Positions 20,840 to 30,549 of a stretch of DNA of 64,000 bases are shown here, one piece after another. This DNA is from a virus, in the IMG/VR virus record IMGVR_UViG_3300042398_001385, positions 1-64,000 of that record; one strand, 5' to 3'. How positions within the stretch are numbered: the first letter of the stretch is position 1; the number at the start of each line of letters is the position of its first letter. Both the position numbers and the translations under genes were made by a program. The notes under the pieces are model-generated. The model saw nothing but the letters and a program-made list of their open reading frames with translations. It had not been told where the DNA came from and did not search any database.

Positions 20840-22456
20840 TTATTTACTATAGATATCATTTTTAATTATCTGGGTATTTTCTTGAACTATACTAGACACA
20901 TTATCAACGAAATCATCAAATTCTGCCTCAAATTCTTTTGTATTTAATGATAATGGTTCTGAAGCTAATCCTGGGTTTAATGCCCATTGTTTTTTACCAA
21001 GCATCATAGTTTGATATATTCCACTCTCATCATATTCTATTGTAAATCCTAAAACAACATAATTACCCGAGAGAAACATATTTATATTTCTTTTCTCGCC
21101 TTTATTACCAAGCATAGATTGCTCTCCTACTTTAGTGCTATAACTGGTGGATGCTCCAATACTAGGAGCACCTTCTGTTACAATATATACAGGAAAAGTT
21201 TGTCCTCTGTATAGAAATGGTGTCCATGCCCTATTTTTTACGTTCAATACTATTTTATAACTATCATTTCTGTTTAGTATATTCTGAACAGAAGCTTGTT
21301 GAAAATTACCATGTACATTCTCAAAATACATAGTACCAACATAAGTCTTTTTTATCTCCTCTTTGTAAGAATTTTCACCAAGTCTACCTTTGTTTATTAC
21401 GTCTCTAGAACCTAAATTTTTATTAGTAATAGATTCTATATCATATTCAACAAATTTGTTTTTAGGCTTATCTGAAACAAGTTTAGAATCGTAGAACTGG
21501 ACCTTTTGAAAATATCCAAGATCTTTATTTATACTACCAGCATTTTGCTCTATTGATATATCTTTTATAAAAAGAGGGGATTTACTAAACTGAGTTGAGT
21601 TTGTTAGCATTAAAGGGAATTCAACCTCAACTGGTTTTGTCCCCCCAGGAAAAATGTCACCAAATGAATCTGATCCATAAGCAACCCTCATATTCTCTAT
21701 TTTGGGATTGTTTTCGTCGAATTGTTTTTTTAAATTAACTAGATTTATGTTATAATATTGATCTATCCAACAATCAAAATAATCTTCTTCACCAAGCCAA
21801 GAGCTATTTACTATGTGTCTTATTAATGTTTCATAATCAAGATTGGGAGAAACCCAATTCATTGAATCATTCATTTTTACCTCATTAGAAGCATATCCTA
21901 ATCCAAGGTCCTCAGCAACTTTTAATAAAGCGTCCGCGCTGCTTCCTTTGAATGTTTTAGAAACATGTTTATATAATTTAGGAATTCTAACCTCTGCCAT
22001 TATAGTGTATGATTGATACTTACCACTAGATGGTGTGTAATCGATATAAGGTCCATTATTAAAAGGTGATATCACCTCATTTATTATAAAATCCATCCTA
22101 ATTGGTTTAAACATTTCACCAAATGGTCTTATATAAACGGAAACTATATCTCCGTCTTTAGGAAAAGAAGTGAAAATAAACTTCTCATCTATTGTTTCAA
22201 ATCTAAGTATAAGTGTTGGTTTAAATCCTGTTAGATCTAATTTAAAATATTTTATTCCATTTATTATCTCGGTGTTTATTCTTACTAAAGGTTTAACAGT
22301 ACCAAAATATTTTTTCTGGACATTATCTGCCTTCTGGTCATTTAGTTCTAGATCACCTTTTTGTGTAGAAGTATCGACCACAGCTAATTCATCCAAAAAT
22401 ATATTAGGGTCCCTATATTGAAGTATGGCTTTCCTTACGTTTATTTCTGCTGGCAT
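20840..22456 (-). CDS. Baseplate hub protein (gp27/late control D-like)
   Basis: Position between gp53-like and gp5-like genes; ALLKVAEDLGLG and FLSGNYVVLG segments typical of hub proteins. Confidence 0.5.
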   Translation of the reverse strand: MPAEINVRKAILQYRDPNIFLDELAVVDTSTQKGDLELNDQKADNVQKKYFGTVKPLVRINTEIINGIKYFKLDLTGFKPTLILRFETIDEKFIFTSFPKDGDIVSVYIRPFGEMFKPIRMDFIINEVISPFNNGPYIDYTPSSGKYQSYTIMAEVRIPKLYKHVSKTFKGSSADALLKVAEDLGLGYASNEVKMNDSMNWVSPNLDYETLIRHIVNSSWLGEEDYFDCWIDQYYNINLVNLKKQFDENNPKIENMRVAYGSDSFGDIFPGGTKPVEVEFPLMLTNSTQFSKSPLFIKDISIEQNAGSINKDLGYFQKVQFYDSKLVSDKPKNKFVEYDIESITNKNLGSRDVINKGRLGENSYKEEIKKTYVGTMYFENVHGNFQQASVQNILNRNDSYKIVLNVKNRAWTPFLYRGQTFPVYIVTEGAPSIGASTSYSTKVGEQSMLGNKGEKRNINMFLSGNYVVLGFTIEYDESGIYQTMMLGKKQWALNPGLASEPLSLNTKEFEAEFDDFVDNVSSIVQENTQIIKNDIYSK

Positions 22457-22461
22457 TTATC

Positions 22462-23067
22462 TTATCTTTTAAAAATATTTTTCTGTGCAAGTTTAGTTTT
22501 TATATCAGTAACAGATACATTCTTTTTTGATCTAGATTTACATTGCCCTATGTCAGGACCAAATATTAATTTCCCCTCAGTTACTAATATTTGTTGTTGT
22601 CCTTCTCTTAGAAGATTAGGAGGGAGAGGTGTTTCTGCAAGATTTGATATGTTTTTAGAATTTAAATATTCGAGTCTATCCTTGCTTACTTGTGAGATCT
22701 TTTCCTGAAGTTCTTTTCTAAAAGATCTGGCTTTTTGCTTTTGGTTTGTTATACTCTTACCACTATCAAATAGATCATTAATCATTTGTTCCCCTGGTAT
22801 AAAGAGTATCTCTCCTAATTTAAGACTTAATGGATTAGATATATTATTCAATTTAAGCATAGTTCCCATACTAGATTGATCATAAAGATATAGCATAGAT
22901 AATAAGTCAGCTCTAGCCTCAGTCTCTTCGTCTACAACTGCTATAGATTTTAGGGTATATCGTATATTTTTAGGAGACCAAGATGGAACTAAAAGATCTA
23001 CAGATCTCTCCTGCGTATTAGGATTAGTAAAAAATGGTTTGCGTTCTATTACATCTATTCCTAACAT
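22462..23067 (-). CDS. Baseplate wedge gp53/LysM-like protein
   Basis: EARADLLSMLYL...LKLNNISNPLSLKLGEILFIP matches the gp53/LysM pattern. Confidence 0.7.
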   Translation of the reverse strand: MLGIDVIERKPFFTNPNTQERSVDLLVPSWSPKNIRYTLKSIAVVDEETEARADLLSMLYLYDQSSMGTMLKLNNISNPLSLKLGEILFIPGEQMINDLFDSGKSITNQKQKARSFRKELQEKISQVSKDRLEYLNSKNISNLAETPLPPNLLREGQQQILVTEGKLIFGPDIGQCKSRSKKNVSVTDIKTKLAQKNIFKR

Positions 23068-23081
23068 ATCTTATTTTTATT

Positions 23082-24968
23082 TTATTGTATTGTACCTTCA
23101 GTACTTCTTCTTCCTGTTAAAGGATCTATATTATCGTTAACAATATCGTATATATTTTTACCATCTGTGTCGTTAGGGAATACCCCTTGAGTATTAACCC
23201 AAGCATTGGTACTTTCTTTACTAGAAACAAGCTGACCTAAATACAATCTTCCATTACCTCTGTTAAACATAGATTCCCAATCACCCCTGTGTCTCTGTCT
23301 TCCAGGCTCTAAAGTTACACTAGCTTTCATTTCTGTTGGAAAATCGTCAGGTCCTAATGTGTCGTTAAATTCTATCTTTACGTTTTTACACACCAAATTT
23401 CCCATCATCGCAATAGGATTCAAAGGATTTCCTATTGTAACATGCCACTCTCCAGTTGGATAACCGCTTAGCATTAAAGGACTATAGTATATTTTTTTGA
23501 GAAATAAATCCGAGATCATTACTGACAAAGATTTATATAGCTTAGAATCTGCAGCAACACCTTTAGTTGGATCATTACCAAACTTTTTAAGATCGTTTAC
23601 TACCTGCTCCATCTCTTCTTTTACGCTTTTTTCAGCATCTAGTCTTTTATTTACTTCACCCTCAGAAAGAAGCTGTCCTATTGCTTCCCTTATGTATTGC
23701 ATAGGATCTGTTATAGATTGAGCATATTTTTTTGGTCCTCCAGGGAATCCTAGACCTAAAGATGTCTGCTCTATTCTAATCTCCGGAGTTAAAAATTGTC
23801 CATAGTCCGCTCCCACAGATAATATATTAGACATTAAATCTAAAAACAAAAGCTTAGAATTTACTTGTCCTGCAGAATTTAATGTATAATGAAAATACAG
23901 AGTGAAGCCATTCGTTCCACCATTAAATCCTTGCTTTCTCGTATTTACCTGATTTACAGTATTTACATTAACAAATATTTTTTTAGATAATGGACCTTCC
24001 GCAGTTACTGCTTCGTCTAGAAGAGCTCTTTCTAATTTATTTAATTGTTTATCTGGATTTAAAAGTGTTTGTACAAATTTATCATAAGATTCAATCTCAG
24101 CGTCATTTATTTCGTTTCTTGATCCGCTTGTTATAGCGGATTTTATTAAGTCACCATAAGGTGTGTTCATTAACCCTGGATCGCCAGTTTGTTCATTCTT
24201 AAGAGCCTCTTGAGTCTCCATGGTAAAATTTAAACCAGTATCTATTCCTAATATAGAATTAAGGGAATTTCCTGTTTCCCCACCAAAAAAAGTTACAATC
24301 TGAGCAACAGGTAATGAAGTATTCAATCTTGCCTCGGAATCTTGTAATTTTCCTAAAGTTGGTATGTCTTGGGATACGTATTTTACAGACTTTTGGTCTT
24401 TTTTTCCTTCTACTACAAAATCACCTCTTTTTGTCCCATTTGCTAAAATTTTAAGGGAATCTAAAACAGGATGTGCAAATCTTCTGAGTGTTATCATTCT
24501 ATTATTTGGAATGATTCCATAGTATTTACAAAATATAAAATCCTTAACATTATATATTTGTCCTCTGTAAGGACTACTAGGATCAAGGTAAGCAGGTCCT
24601 TTAGTTCCCCTAGTAACAGCATCAATTATTTGTTTTGCTGTGGGGTTTCTAGACTCCTGCGGAGTTATTTTAGCTAATCCTGCACTTAGCTCAGAAGTAG
24701 CATAATTAACTCTTCCATTATTTACTCCTAATACATAATAAGCAAAAAGACCTCTATAAACACCATCAGAAGTTGCTGCATCATAAAATAAACTCTTAGG
24801 AAGATACTTTAACTCAGAAAGTTCATATGTAGCAAACGTTTTATCAGCTGCATTGGAATATATGAATGCACTTCCTTTAAAAGTTTGTACCGCACTAACA
24901 GTTTTTCCTCCCTCCGTAAAGGTTCTCATGGAATTAACAGCCTTTCCTACATCAGATACTCCAGTCAT
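23082..24968 (-). CDS. Baseplate tail-tube initiator/cap-like protein (gp48/gp54-like)
   Basis: C-terminal WHVTIGNP...NLVCKNVKIEF...DDFPTEMKASVTL resembles the tube-fold end of gp48/54-type proteins; first gene of the baseplate run. Confidence 0.45.
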   Translation of the reverse strand: MTGVSDVGKAVNSMRTFTEGGKTVSAVQTFKGSAFIYSNAADKTFATYELSELKYLPKSLFYDAATSDGVYRGLFAYYVLGVNNGRVNYATSELSAGLAKITPQESRNPTAKQIIDAVTRGTKGPAYLDPSSPYRGQIYNVKDFIFCKYYGIIPNNRMITLRRFAHPVLDSLKILANGTKRGDFVVEGKKDQKSVKYVSQDIPTLGKLQDSEARLNTSLPVAQIVTFFGGETGNSLNSILGIDTGLNFTMETQEALKNEQTGDPGLMNTPYGDLIKSAITSGSRNEINDAEIESYDKFVQTLLNPDKQLNKLERALLDEAVTAEGPLSKKIFVNVNTVNQVNTRKQGFNGGTNGFTLYFHYTLNSAGQVNSKLLFLDLMSNILSVGADYGQFLTPEIRIEQTSLGLGFPGGPKKYAQSITDPMQYIREAIGQLLSEGEVNKRLDAEKSVKEEMEQVVNDLKKFGNDPTKGVAADSKLYKSLSVMISDLFLKKIYYSPLMLSGYPTGEWHVTIGNPLNPIAMMGNLVCKNVKIEFNDTLGPDDFPTEMKASVTLEPGRQRHRGDWESMFNRGNGRLYLGQLVSSKESTNAWVNTQGVFPNDTDGKNIYDIVNDNIDPLTGRRSTEGTIQ

Positions 24969-24989
24969 ATAATATATACCTATTTTTTA

Positions 24990-25313
24990 TTAGTCAACTA
25001 AAATAACGTCACAAAATTCGTATTCTAATATTTCTAATATTTTACCTCTTAAAAGATCTATAAAAGGGTCAGTAGGGTTATCATATACTATGACTAAATT
25101 AAATCCAGATGTTAATTTTGTTTTAGAACTGCATATTTTTTTATGTAGCCACTCCTCGAAAATATATTGTCTTATTTCGTTCATAGAGGAAGGAGTTAAA
25201 CTATTAGATTTAAACCACATATTAACATCTATTGTATGTAGTCCAGAACAATCCCCATAATCGAAATTTTTTAACTTATCAGCTTTTGAGATTATAAATG
25301 ATTTAACCGACAC
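24990..25313 (-). CDS. Hypothetical protein
   Basis: 107-aa ORF with GTG start, co-oriented with neighbours. Confidence 0.6.
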   Translation of the reverse strand: MSVKSFIISKADKLKNFDYGDCSGLHTIDVNMWFKSNSLTPSSMNEIRQYIFEEWLHKKICSSKTKLTSGFNLVIVYDNPTDPFIDLLRGKILEILEYEFCDVILVD

Positions 25314-25319
25314 TATAAA

Positions 25320-25487
25320 TCAATTATCTTTTTTTCTATTTCTTTGCTCTGTAAGATTTCTTAAATGAATAAGATTTCCCATAGCTTTAGATCTTTCTCT
25401 AACTTCTTCTGCATTTGAAGATTTCTTTCCCAGAAGACCATTTTGTTTAGCGATCTTTCTTCTTTCTTTTCTATTCGGTAGATTCAT
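25320..25487 (-). CDS. Small basic protein (55 aa), not in ORF track
   Basis: Manual translation MNLPNRKERRKIAKQNGLLGKKSSNAEEVRERSKAMGNLIHLRNLTEQRNRKKDN*; fills the gap and overlaps the NUDIX stop. Confidence 0.7.
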   Translation of the reverse strand: MNLPNRKERRKIAKQNGLLGKKSSNAEEVRERSKAMGNLIHLRNLTEQRNRKKDN

Positions 25488-26034
25488 TCTCTTCTTCTTT
25501 TTGGTTAAAAATATCTTTAAATGTTTTTATAAATAAAGTACTAACTAAGCTATCCTCTAGATTTAGAGCTTCATCTACGCTAACTAATTCAAATTTACTG
25601 TCTTTCTCTGACTTAGATCCATCAGTTTCTTTATCTCCTGATACCATACCTGTTATATTAACAGCAAAACATGGATTAGAGTTTAATACCATTTTAGATG
25701 TGTAAAGACTTCCTAAGAATTTCCATCTTTTAAGATCCTCTACTAAAAATCCAGACTCCTCACTCATTTCTCTAACTGCAGTTTGATATATGTTGTCGTC
25801 TTTATCTTCCTGTGATCCAGTTATTAAAGTTTTTGCCATCCCTCCAGGTCTTTGATCTAATACCTCTGATATTATACCTATCTTATTAGGAAGGCCTTCA
25901 TCATTAAGAGTATAAGGCATTATAATAACGCCCGGATTTATTTGTCTGACAAAAAGGTGTCCGTCTATTTCAACGACCTCTCTATTCTTCGTCTTTTGTA
26001 TTACTACTTGTTCCGCTTTTTCGTAAAGTTCCAT
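25471..26034 (-). CDS. NUDIX hydrolase
   Basis: NUDIX box GSQEDKDDNIYQTAVREMSEESG. Confidence 0.8.
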   Translation of the reverse strand: MELYEKAEQVVIQKTKNREVVEIDGHLFVRQINPGVIIMPYTLNDEGLPNKIGIISEVLDQRPGGMAKTLITGSQEDKDDNIYQTAVREMSEESGFLVEDLKRWKFLGSLYTSKMVLNSNPCFAVNITGMVSGDKETDGSKSEKDSKFELVSVDEALNLEDSLVSTLFIKTFKDIFNQKEEENESTE

Positions 26035-26605
26035 TCGATTTATATATATCTTTTATATTTATCCTTAGACTTTCTTTTATTATTTCAATATCCAAATCCC
26101 TAACAACAAATTCTATTATTTCATCTTCCGCATCTTCAAATGAAGAGTTAAGAACATTGTATAGATTTTTTGTTGGTAAATTGAGTTTTAAATTTATACC
26201 AACCTCAACCCAATTAGGTTTTTGTTTTTCTAAAAGAGAAACTATAGGATTATCAGAAACTTTGATCTTTGTCTTTCCTTCAGATAGCATAACATTTTTA
26301 ACAGGGACCTGATGTTCTATTACTGGAGCAGATTGCACAATAGGAGAAGAATCTATCTGCATCATATATTCATTCACCAATGAGTAATTTATTCTAGTAC
26401 CACCTTTAAAATTTATCCAAACTATACCGGTCGTAGGGTCCTTAAAAATACTCTCATATTCACAAACGTTTCCAGCATTATCGCCCTTTGTCCATTTATA
26501 AAGAAAAGGCTTGAGTTCTCTATCAAGGATTTCTACATCAATTTCTTCAATGTTTTCCATGTTGTTATTTTTTCTTTTGATTAGTTTTTTTAGGAGATTC
26601 CACAT
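25982..26605 (-). CDS. Hypothetical protein (probable start MENIEE at 26560)
   Basis: ORF track; internal ATG has an A-rich leader. Confidence 0.65.
   Translation of the reverse strand: MWNLLKKLIKRKNNNMENIEEIDVEILDRELKPFLYKWTKGDNAGNVCEYESIFKDPTTGIVWINFKGGTRINYSLVNEYMMQIDSSPIVQSAPVIEHQVPVKNVMLSEGKTKIKVSDNPIVSLLEKQKPNWVEVGINLKLNLPTKNLYNVLNSSFEDAEDEIIEFVVRDLDIEIIKESLRINIKDIYKSNGTLRKSGTSSNTKDEE
26043..26050 (-). promoter_or_regulatory. GATATATA late-promoter motif
   Basis: 8 nt upstream of the NUDIX ATG, inside the upstream CDS. Confidence 0.55.
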
Positions 26606-26825
26606 CTTCCACTATTTTTATATTTATAAATCCTTCCTTTTTTATGGAAGAGATCCAGGCTTCTAGGTCTTTCTCAATTATCCATGTGTCTTCGTATCTT
26701 GTACTCCCTGTGCTATTTACTATGAGTATATTATCCATATGAGAGGCTTTATGTCTTGTTATTTCTACTAAAGCTTTACCTTTTTCTTTAGAAAATACCA
26801 TCTTATAGCCTTTCTCTATGCTCAT
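26565..26825 (-). CDS. Hypothetical protein
   Basis: 86-aa ORF downstream of a GAAA-N19 motif. Confidence 0.6.
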   Translation of the reverse strand: MSIEKGYKMVFSKEKGKALVEITRHKASHMDNILIVNSTGSTRYEDTWIIEKDLEAWISSIKKEGFINIKIVEDVESPKKTNQKKK

Positions 26826-26830
26826 AATAT

Positions 26831-26859
26831 TTTATAGGATTTTTATCATAAATAATTTC
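26831..26859 (-). promoter_or_regulatory. Putative GAAA-N19-TATAAA promoter
   Basis: Intergenic GAAA-ttatttatgataaaaatcc-TATAAA. Confidence 0.55.
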
Positions 26860-26863
26860 AAAA

Positions 26864-27508
26864 TTAAACTGTTTTATAAATAGGGTAATTTTTTTCAAAT
26901 TCTTCAGGGGTTACTAGATCTAATATCTCATTTCTGTTTTCGTGAAAAAATTCCCAAGAAATTGCATCATTAGGAAAGGCATTTATTGTTTCACTTAACT
27001 CTCTAGTTAATATACCAACTCCCCAATCAGTGTTAACTGTTACTAATTTTAAATCGTTTTTATAAAGTCTTAGCTTTATTAAAGAAAGATATACTGTACC
27101 GTTCCATTCCCCGTTAGCAGGAGCAGTAAAAACTGGCGATTCCGCAGCGTGATATCTAGTAGGTGGATTACAGTCATGTAAAAGTATAGTACCTCCCTCT
27201 GCTAAATGATTTAAAGAATTCTCAATATCTTTATCTACCTGGTGATCTAAATGAAGTCCATCTATAAAAATAATATCAAATTTATGGTCAGAATCTAATG
27301 ATCCAAAGAAAGAATCGGAAGTCATTATATGCGTTGTGTGAAAAGAAACTGGAGCAGGATCAACTCCTATTTTGTTTTCACAACATATTTCTTTGAAGCA
27401 TTGTCCATCTCTTACCCCTATTTCGAGATAATTCTTATATCCCTTATTTTCTATAATTCTGTTTATTATATCGTATCTAGTCATAATTAAATTTTTTATA
27501 AGTTCCAT
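26864..27508 (-). CDS. Class I SAM-dependent methyltransferase (Methyltransf_24-like)
   Basis: YLEIGVRDG, FDIIFIDGLH, GGTILLHD. Confidence 0.85.
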   Translation of the reverse strand: MELIKNLIMTRYDIINRIIENKGYKNYLEIGVRDGQCFKEICCENKIGVDPAPVSFHTTHIMTSDSFFGSLDSDHKFDIIFIDGLHLDHQVDKDIENSLNHLAEGGTILLHDCNPPTRYHAAESPVFTAPANGEWNGTVYLSLIKLRLYKNDLKLVTVNTDWGVGILTRELSETINAFPNDAISWEFFHENRNEILDLVTPEEFEKNYPIYKTV

Positions 27509-28206
27509 TTTTCTTTAAATAGTGGATAAGATCCGCTAGTCATCTTATACATCTGATCATAATCTTTAACTACCCTTTCTGTTGTTTTACCTATGTTGTT
27601 ATCGTGGTGTATAACAATAGAATTAGTAACTAATACGTGTTTTATCTTATTCGTAAACAACTCCATAGAATAATCATTGTCACAATACCAGTGCTGAAAT
27701 CTTTCATCCAAATCTCCTATTCTTTCATAAATTTCTCTTTTCTGTATTATACACCATCCAGAAATTTGTTTCCTTATTTCATATCCTTCAATAAGACCCA
27801 TGTTTTCATTTATTCCATAAAGAGTCTGTGTCATAGGACATAAGGGAGAAAAAGAAAGAGCTTCAGGTACTGTTGAAGATGCTTCAAGTATTCTAGTAAA
27901 CCAGTCTTTTGTAAATTCAAGATCATTATTACAAAGAGCAACCCATGGTGAATTTCCTTTCTTTCTACCAAAGTTTAAAAACTTATGATATCCGTAAGGA
28001 AGAGGAGATTCATATGTTTTTACATTTATTGACATCCAGTCCCAGCTAACACCTTGCTCGGATTCAACTACTATTATATTAAAATCGTCTACTGCATTCT
28101 CTTCAGAATATAATAAGGAAAAAATACAATTCTTTGTTAGCTCCTTACAATAATCGTCTTTTGCGTAGCTAACTATAACTATATCTAATAATTTATCTTG
28201 CATCAT
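27496..28206 (-). CDS. Glycosyltransferase, GT2-like
   Basis: DIVIVSY, LNFG...ALCNNDL, IGDLDERFQHWYCDND. Confidence 0.8.
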   Translation of the reverse strand: MMQDKLLDIVIVSYAKDDYCKELTKNCIFSLLYSEENAVDDFNIIVVESEQGVSWDWMSINVKTYESPLPYGYHKFLNFGRKKGNSPWVALCNNDLEFTKDWFTRILEASSTVPEALSFSPLCPMTQTLYGINENMGLIEGYEIRKQISGWCIIQKREIYERIGDLDERFQHWYCDNDYSMELFTNKIKHVLVTNSIVIHHDNNIGKTTERVVKDYDQMYKMTSGSYPLFKEKWNL

Positions 28207-28996
28207 AAATCTTTCTAGCTTTACCTATTATACTTTCTAGATTTGAAAGTTCTAGCATATTTTCAGAGTCAGATGGAGAAAGATGTGGATAGGGATGTGT
28301 TTCTATAAACAATCCATCTGCATCCATCACTGCACCAAATCTAACCATATCTTCTATCAGATCTCCTCTACCCTCAGTTTTTCCACTAATCCCATTAGGT
28401 CTCTGTAAACTGTGTGTACAATCCATTATTATTTTAGATCTGGTACATGATTTCTTTAATCTTGATATAGAAGTGGCATCTACTATTAAATCATTGTAAC
28501 CAAAGCTATTACCTCTTTCTCCTATTAATAGCTCCTTCCCTCCTGATTTATAAAATTTATCTTCTATAAATTTACACGATTCAGGGGAAAGAAATTGTCC
28601 CTTTTTAATAAGTACAGGTAGACCTGTTTTAGCACACTCTTCTATTAGATCAGTTTGTCTACAAAGGAAAGCAGGTATCTGTAAATAATCAACAACAGAA
28701 GCTACTTTTTCAACTTGATGTGTCTCGTGTACATCTGTTATTATCTGCATATTTAATCTAGAATTTATTTTTTTTAAAATTTCTAGACCTTTATCTATAC
28801 CAATTCCTCTAAATCCCCCTGATGATGTTCTATTGGCTTTATCAAAACTCGCTTTAAATATAGTATGATAGTTATGTAGTAATCCACATCTCCTAACTTC
28901 AGTAGCAATCTCAAAGCAAGTGTCCCAGCTTTGTATAACACAAGGACCTCCTATAAGAATTCTAGTTTTTTGATCTTTGACCGAGATATCCTCCAT
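28193..28996 (-). CDS. kdsA: KDO-8-phosphate synthase (metal-dependent type)
   Basis: GPCVIQ, FKASFDKANRTS, TDVHE, QIPAFLCRQTDL, KKGQF, ERGNSFGY, DCTHSLQ. Confidence 0.95.
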   Translation of the reverse strand: MEDISVKDQKTRILIGGPCVIQSWDTCFEIATEVRRCGLLHNYHTIFKASFDKANRTSSGGFRGIGIDKGLEILKKINSRLNMQIITDVHETHQVEKVASVVDYLQIPAFLCRQTDLIEECAKTGLPVLIKKGQFLSPESCKFIEDKFYKSGGKELLIGERGNSFGYNDLIVDATSISRLKKSCTRSKIIMDCTHSLQRPNGISGKTEGRGDLIEDMVRFGAVMDADGLFIETHPYPHLSPSDSENMLELSNLESIIGKARKIYDAR

Positions 28997-29537
28997 GGTG
29001 TAATTTTGAGTATTCTTTTTTGGTAAAATTCTTATCCATTAATCCAATAACTATTAAATCAGATATCACAGACATACAAGTTGTAGAAGTTGTTGGAGTT
29101 AATCCCATGGGACATATCTCCTCAACAGGACCAAATTCAATATAGTCTGCACATTTTATAGAGATATCTTCGGTTTTGGTTCCGACTATAGCATATATGT
29201 AATTACCATACTCTAAATTATGTACAAGATCAATAAGTTCTAAAACCTCTCTAGTTTTACCGGAATTACTAAAAACTATAATTACGTCACCCGGTTGAAC
29301 TATTCCCAAATCACCGTGCTGGGCTTCAGATGGGTGTAAGAAAAAAGAAGGTGTTCCTGTTGAGGATAAAGTAGTGGCAAAGGTATGTGCGATATGTCCA
29401 GCTTTTCCCATACCAGAAGTTATTACTCTTCCATGTCCGATATACCTTCTTATCTGAGAAACTAAATTACTTACTCTCTGTATTGGTATTTTTTTTAGAG
29501 CTTCTATCTCTTTCTCTATTAATAATTTATAATCCAT
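28962..29537 (-). CDS. kdsD: Arabinose-5-phosphate isomerase, SIS-only (no CBS domains)
   Basis: GMGKAGHIA, STGTPSFFLHPSEAQHGDLG, SNSGKT, PTTST, HHGGYLG. Confidence 0.9.
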   Translation of the reverse strand: MDYKLLIEKEIEALKKIPIQRVSNLVSQIRRYIGHGRVITSGMGKAGHIAHTFATTLSSTGTPSFFLHPSEAQHGDLGIVQPGDVIIVFSNSGKTREVLELIDLVHNLEYGNYIYAIVGTKTEDISIKCADYIEFGPVEEICPMGLTPTTSTTCMSVISDLIVIGLMDKNFTKKEYSKLHHGGYLGQRSKN

Positions 29538-30549
29538 AGGATTTTATTTTATCTTCTATCATTTCATCTATTATATGAGAAAGAGAAAGTTTTGGTTCCC
29601 ATCCTAATACTTTTTTAGCATCGCTAGCATCTCCTATTAATAAATCAACCTCAGATGGTCTAAAATATTTGCTATCTACTTCTATTATTTTTTTACCAGT
29701 TTCTTTTACTACACCAATTTCTTCAACGCCTTCTCCAAGGAATTCAATTTCCATATCTAATTTAATTGATGTCATTTCTACAATTTCTCTTATTGTATAA
29801 GAAACCCCGGTAGCTAAAACAAAATCCCTAGGCGTTTCTTGTTGTAGCATACTCCACATACCCTCAACATATTCTTTGGCGTGTCCTATGTCTCTTGAAG
29901 AATTTAGATTACCTAATTTTAAAATATCAGATTTACCAAGTTTAATATCTACTAATCCATCAACTATTTTCTTCTCTACAAAATTTTCACCTCTTCTAGG
30001 AGATGTATGATTGAAAAGAATACCATTACAAGCAAATATGTCGTATGCTTCCCTATAGTTTTTTATTATCCAAAATCCATAAAGCTTAGCAACTCCATAG
30101 GGGCTTCTTGGATAAAATGGGGTTCTTTCTGTTTGTGGCGTTTCTTGAACCATTCCATATAGTTCAGAAGTTGAAGCCTGATAGAGTTTAGTATTCGGAG
30201 AATGAGTTCTTATAGATTCTAATACATTCAAAGTACCTATTGCATCTACTTGACCAGTATAATAAGGAATTTCAAAAGAAATCTTAACGTGGCTCTGTGC
30301 AGCTAGATTATAAAACTCGTCTGGCTTAATACTAGAAATTAAATTACTAATAGAAACTGGATCTGTTACGTCAGCATAATACCAATTAAACATAGGATTA
30401 TTTCTAATGTGATCTATTCTCCTTGTATTAAACGATGATGATCTTCTAATTGTTCCATGAACCTCGTATCCCTTATTGAGAAGAAGCTCCGCTAAATAAG
30501 ACCCGTCTTGCCCATTAACACCAGTTATAATCGCTTTTCTAATCGACAT
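29527..30549 (-). CDS. gmd: GDP-mannose 4,6-dehydratase
   Basis: ITGVNGQDGSYLAE, NLAAQSHV, QASTSELYG, FYPRSPYGVAKLY. Confidence 0.97.
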   Translation of the reverse strand: MSIRKAIITGVNGQDGSYLAELLLNKGYEVHGTIRRSSSFNTRRIDHIRNNPMFNWYYADVTDPVSISNLISSIKPDEFYNLAAQSHVKISFEIPYYTGQVDAIGTLNVLESIRTHSPNTKLYQASTSELYGMVQETPQTERTPFYPRSPYGVAKLYGFWIIKNYREAYDIFACNGILFNHTSPRRGENFVEKKIVDGLVDIKLGKSDILKLGNLNSSRDIGHAKEYVEGMWSMLQQETPRDFVLATGVSYTIREIVEMTSIKLDMEIEFLGEGVEEIGVVKETGKKIIEVDSKYFRPSEVDLLIGDASDAKKVLGWEPKLSLSHIIDEMIEDKIKSYGL

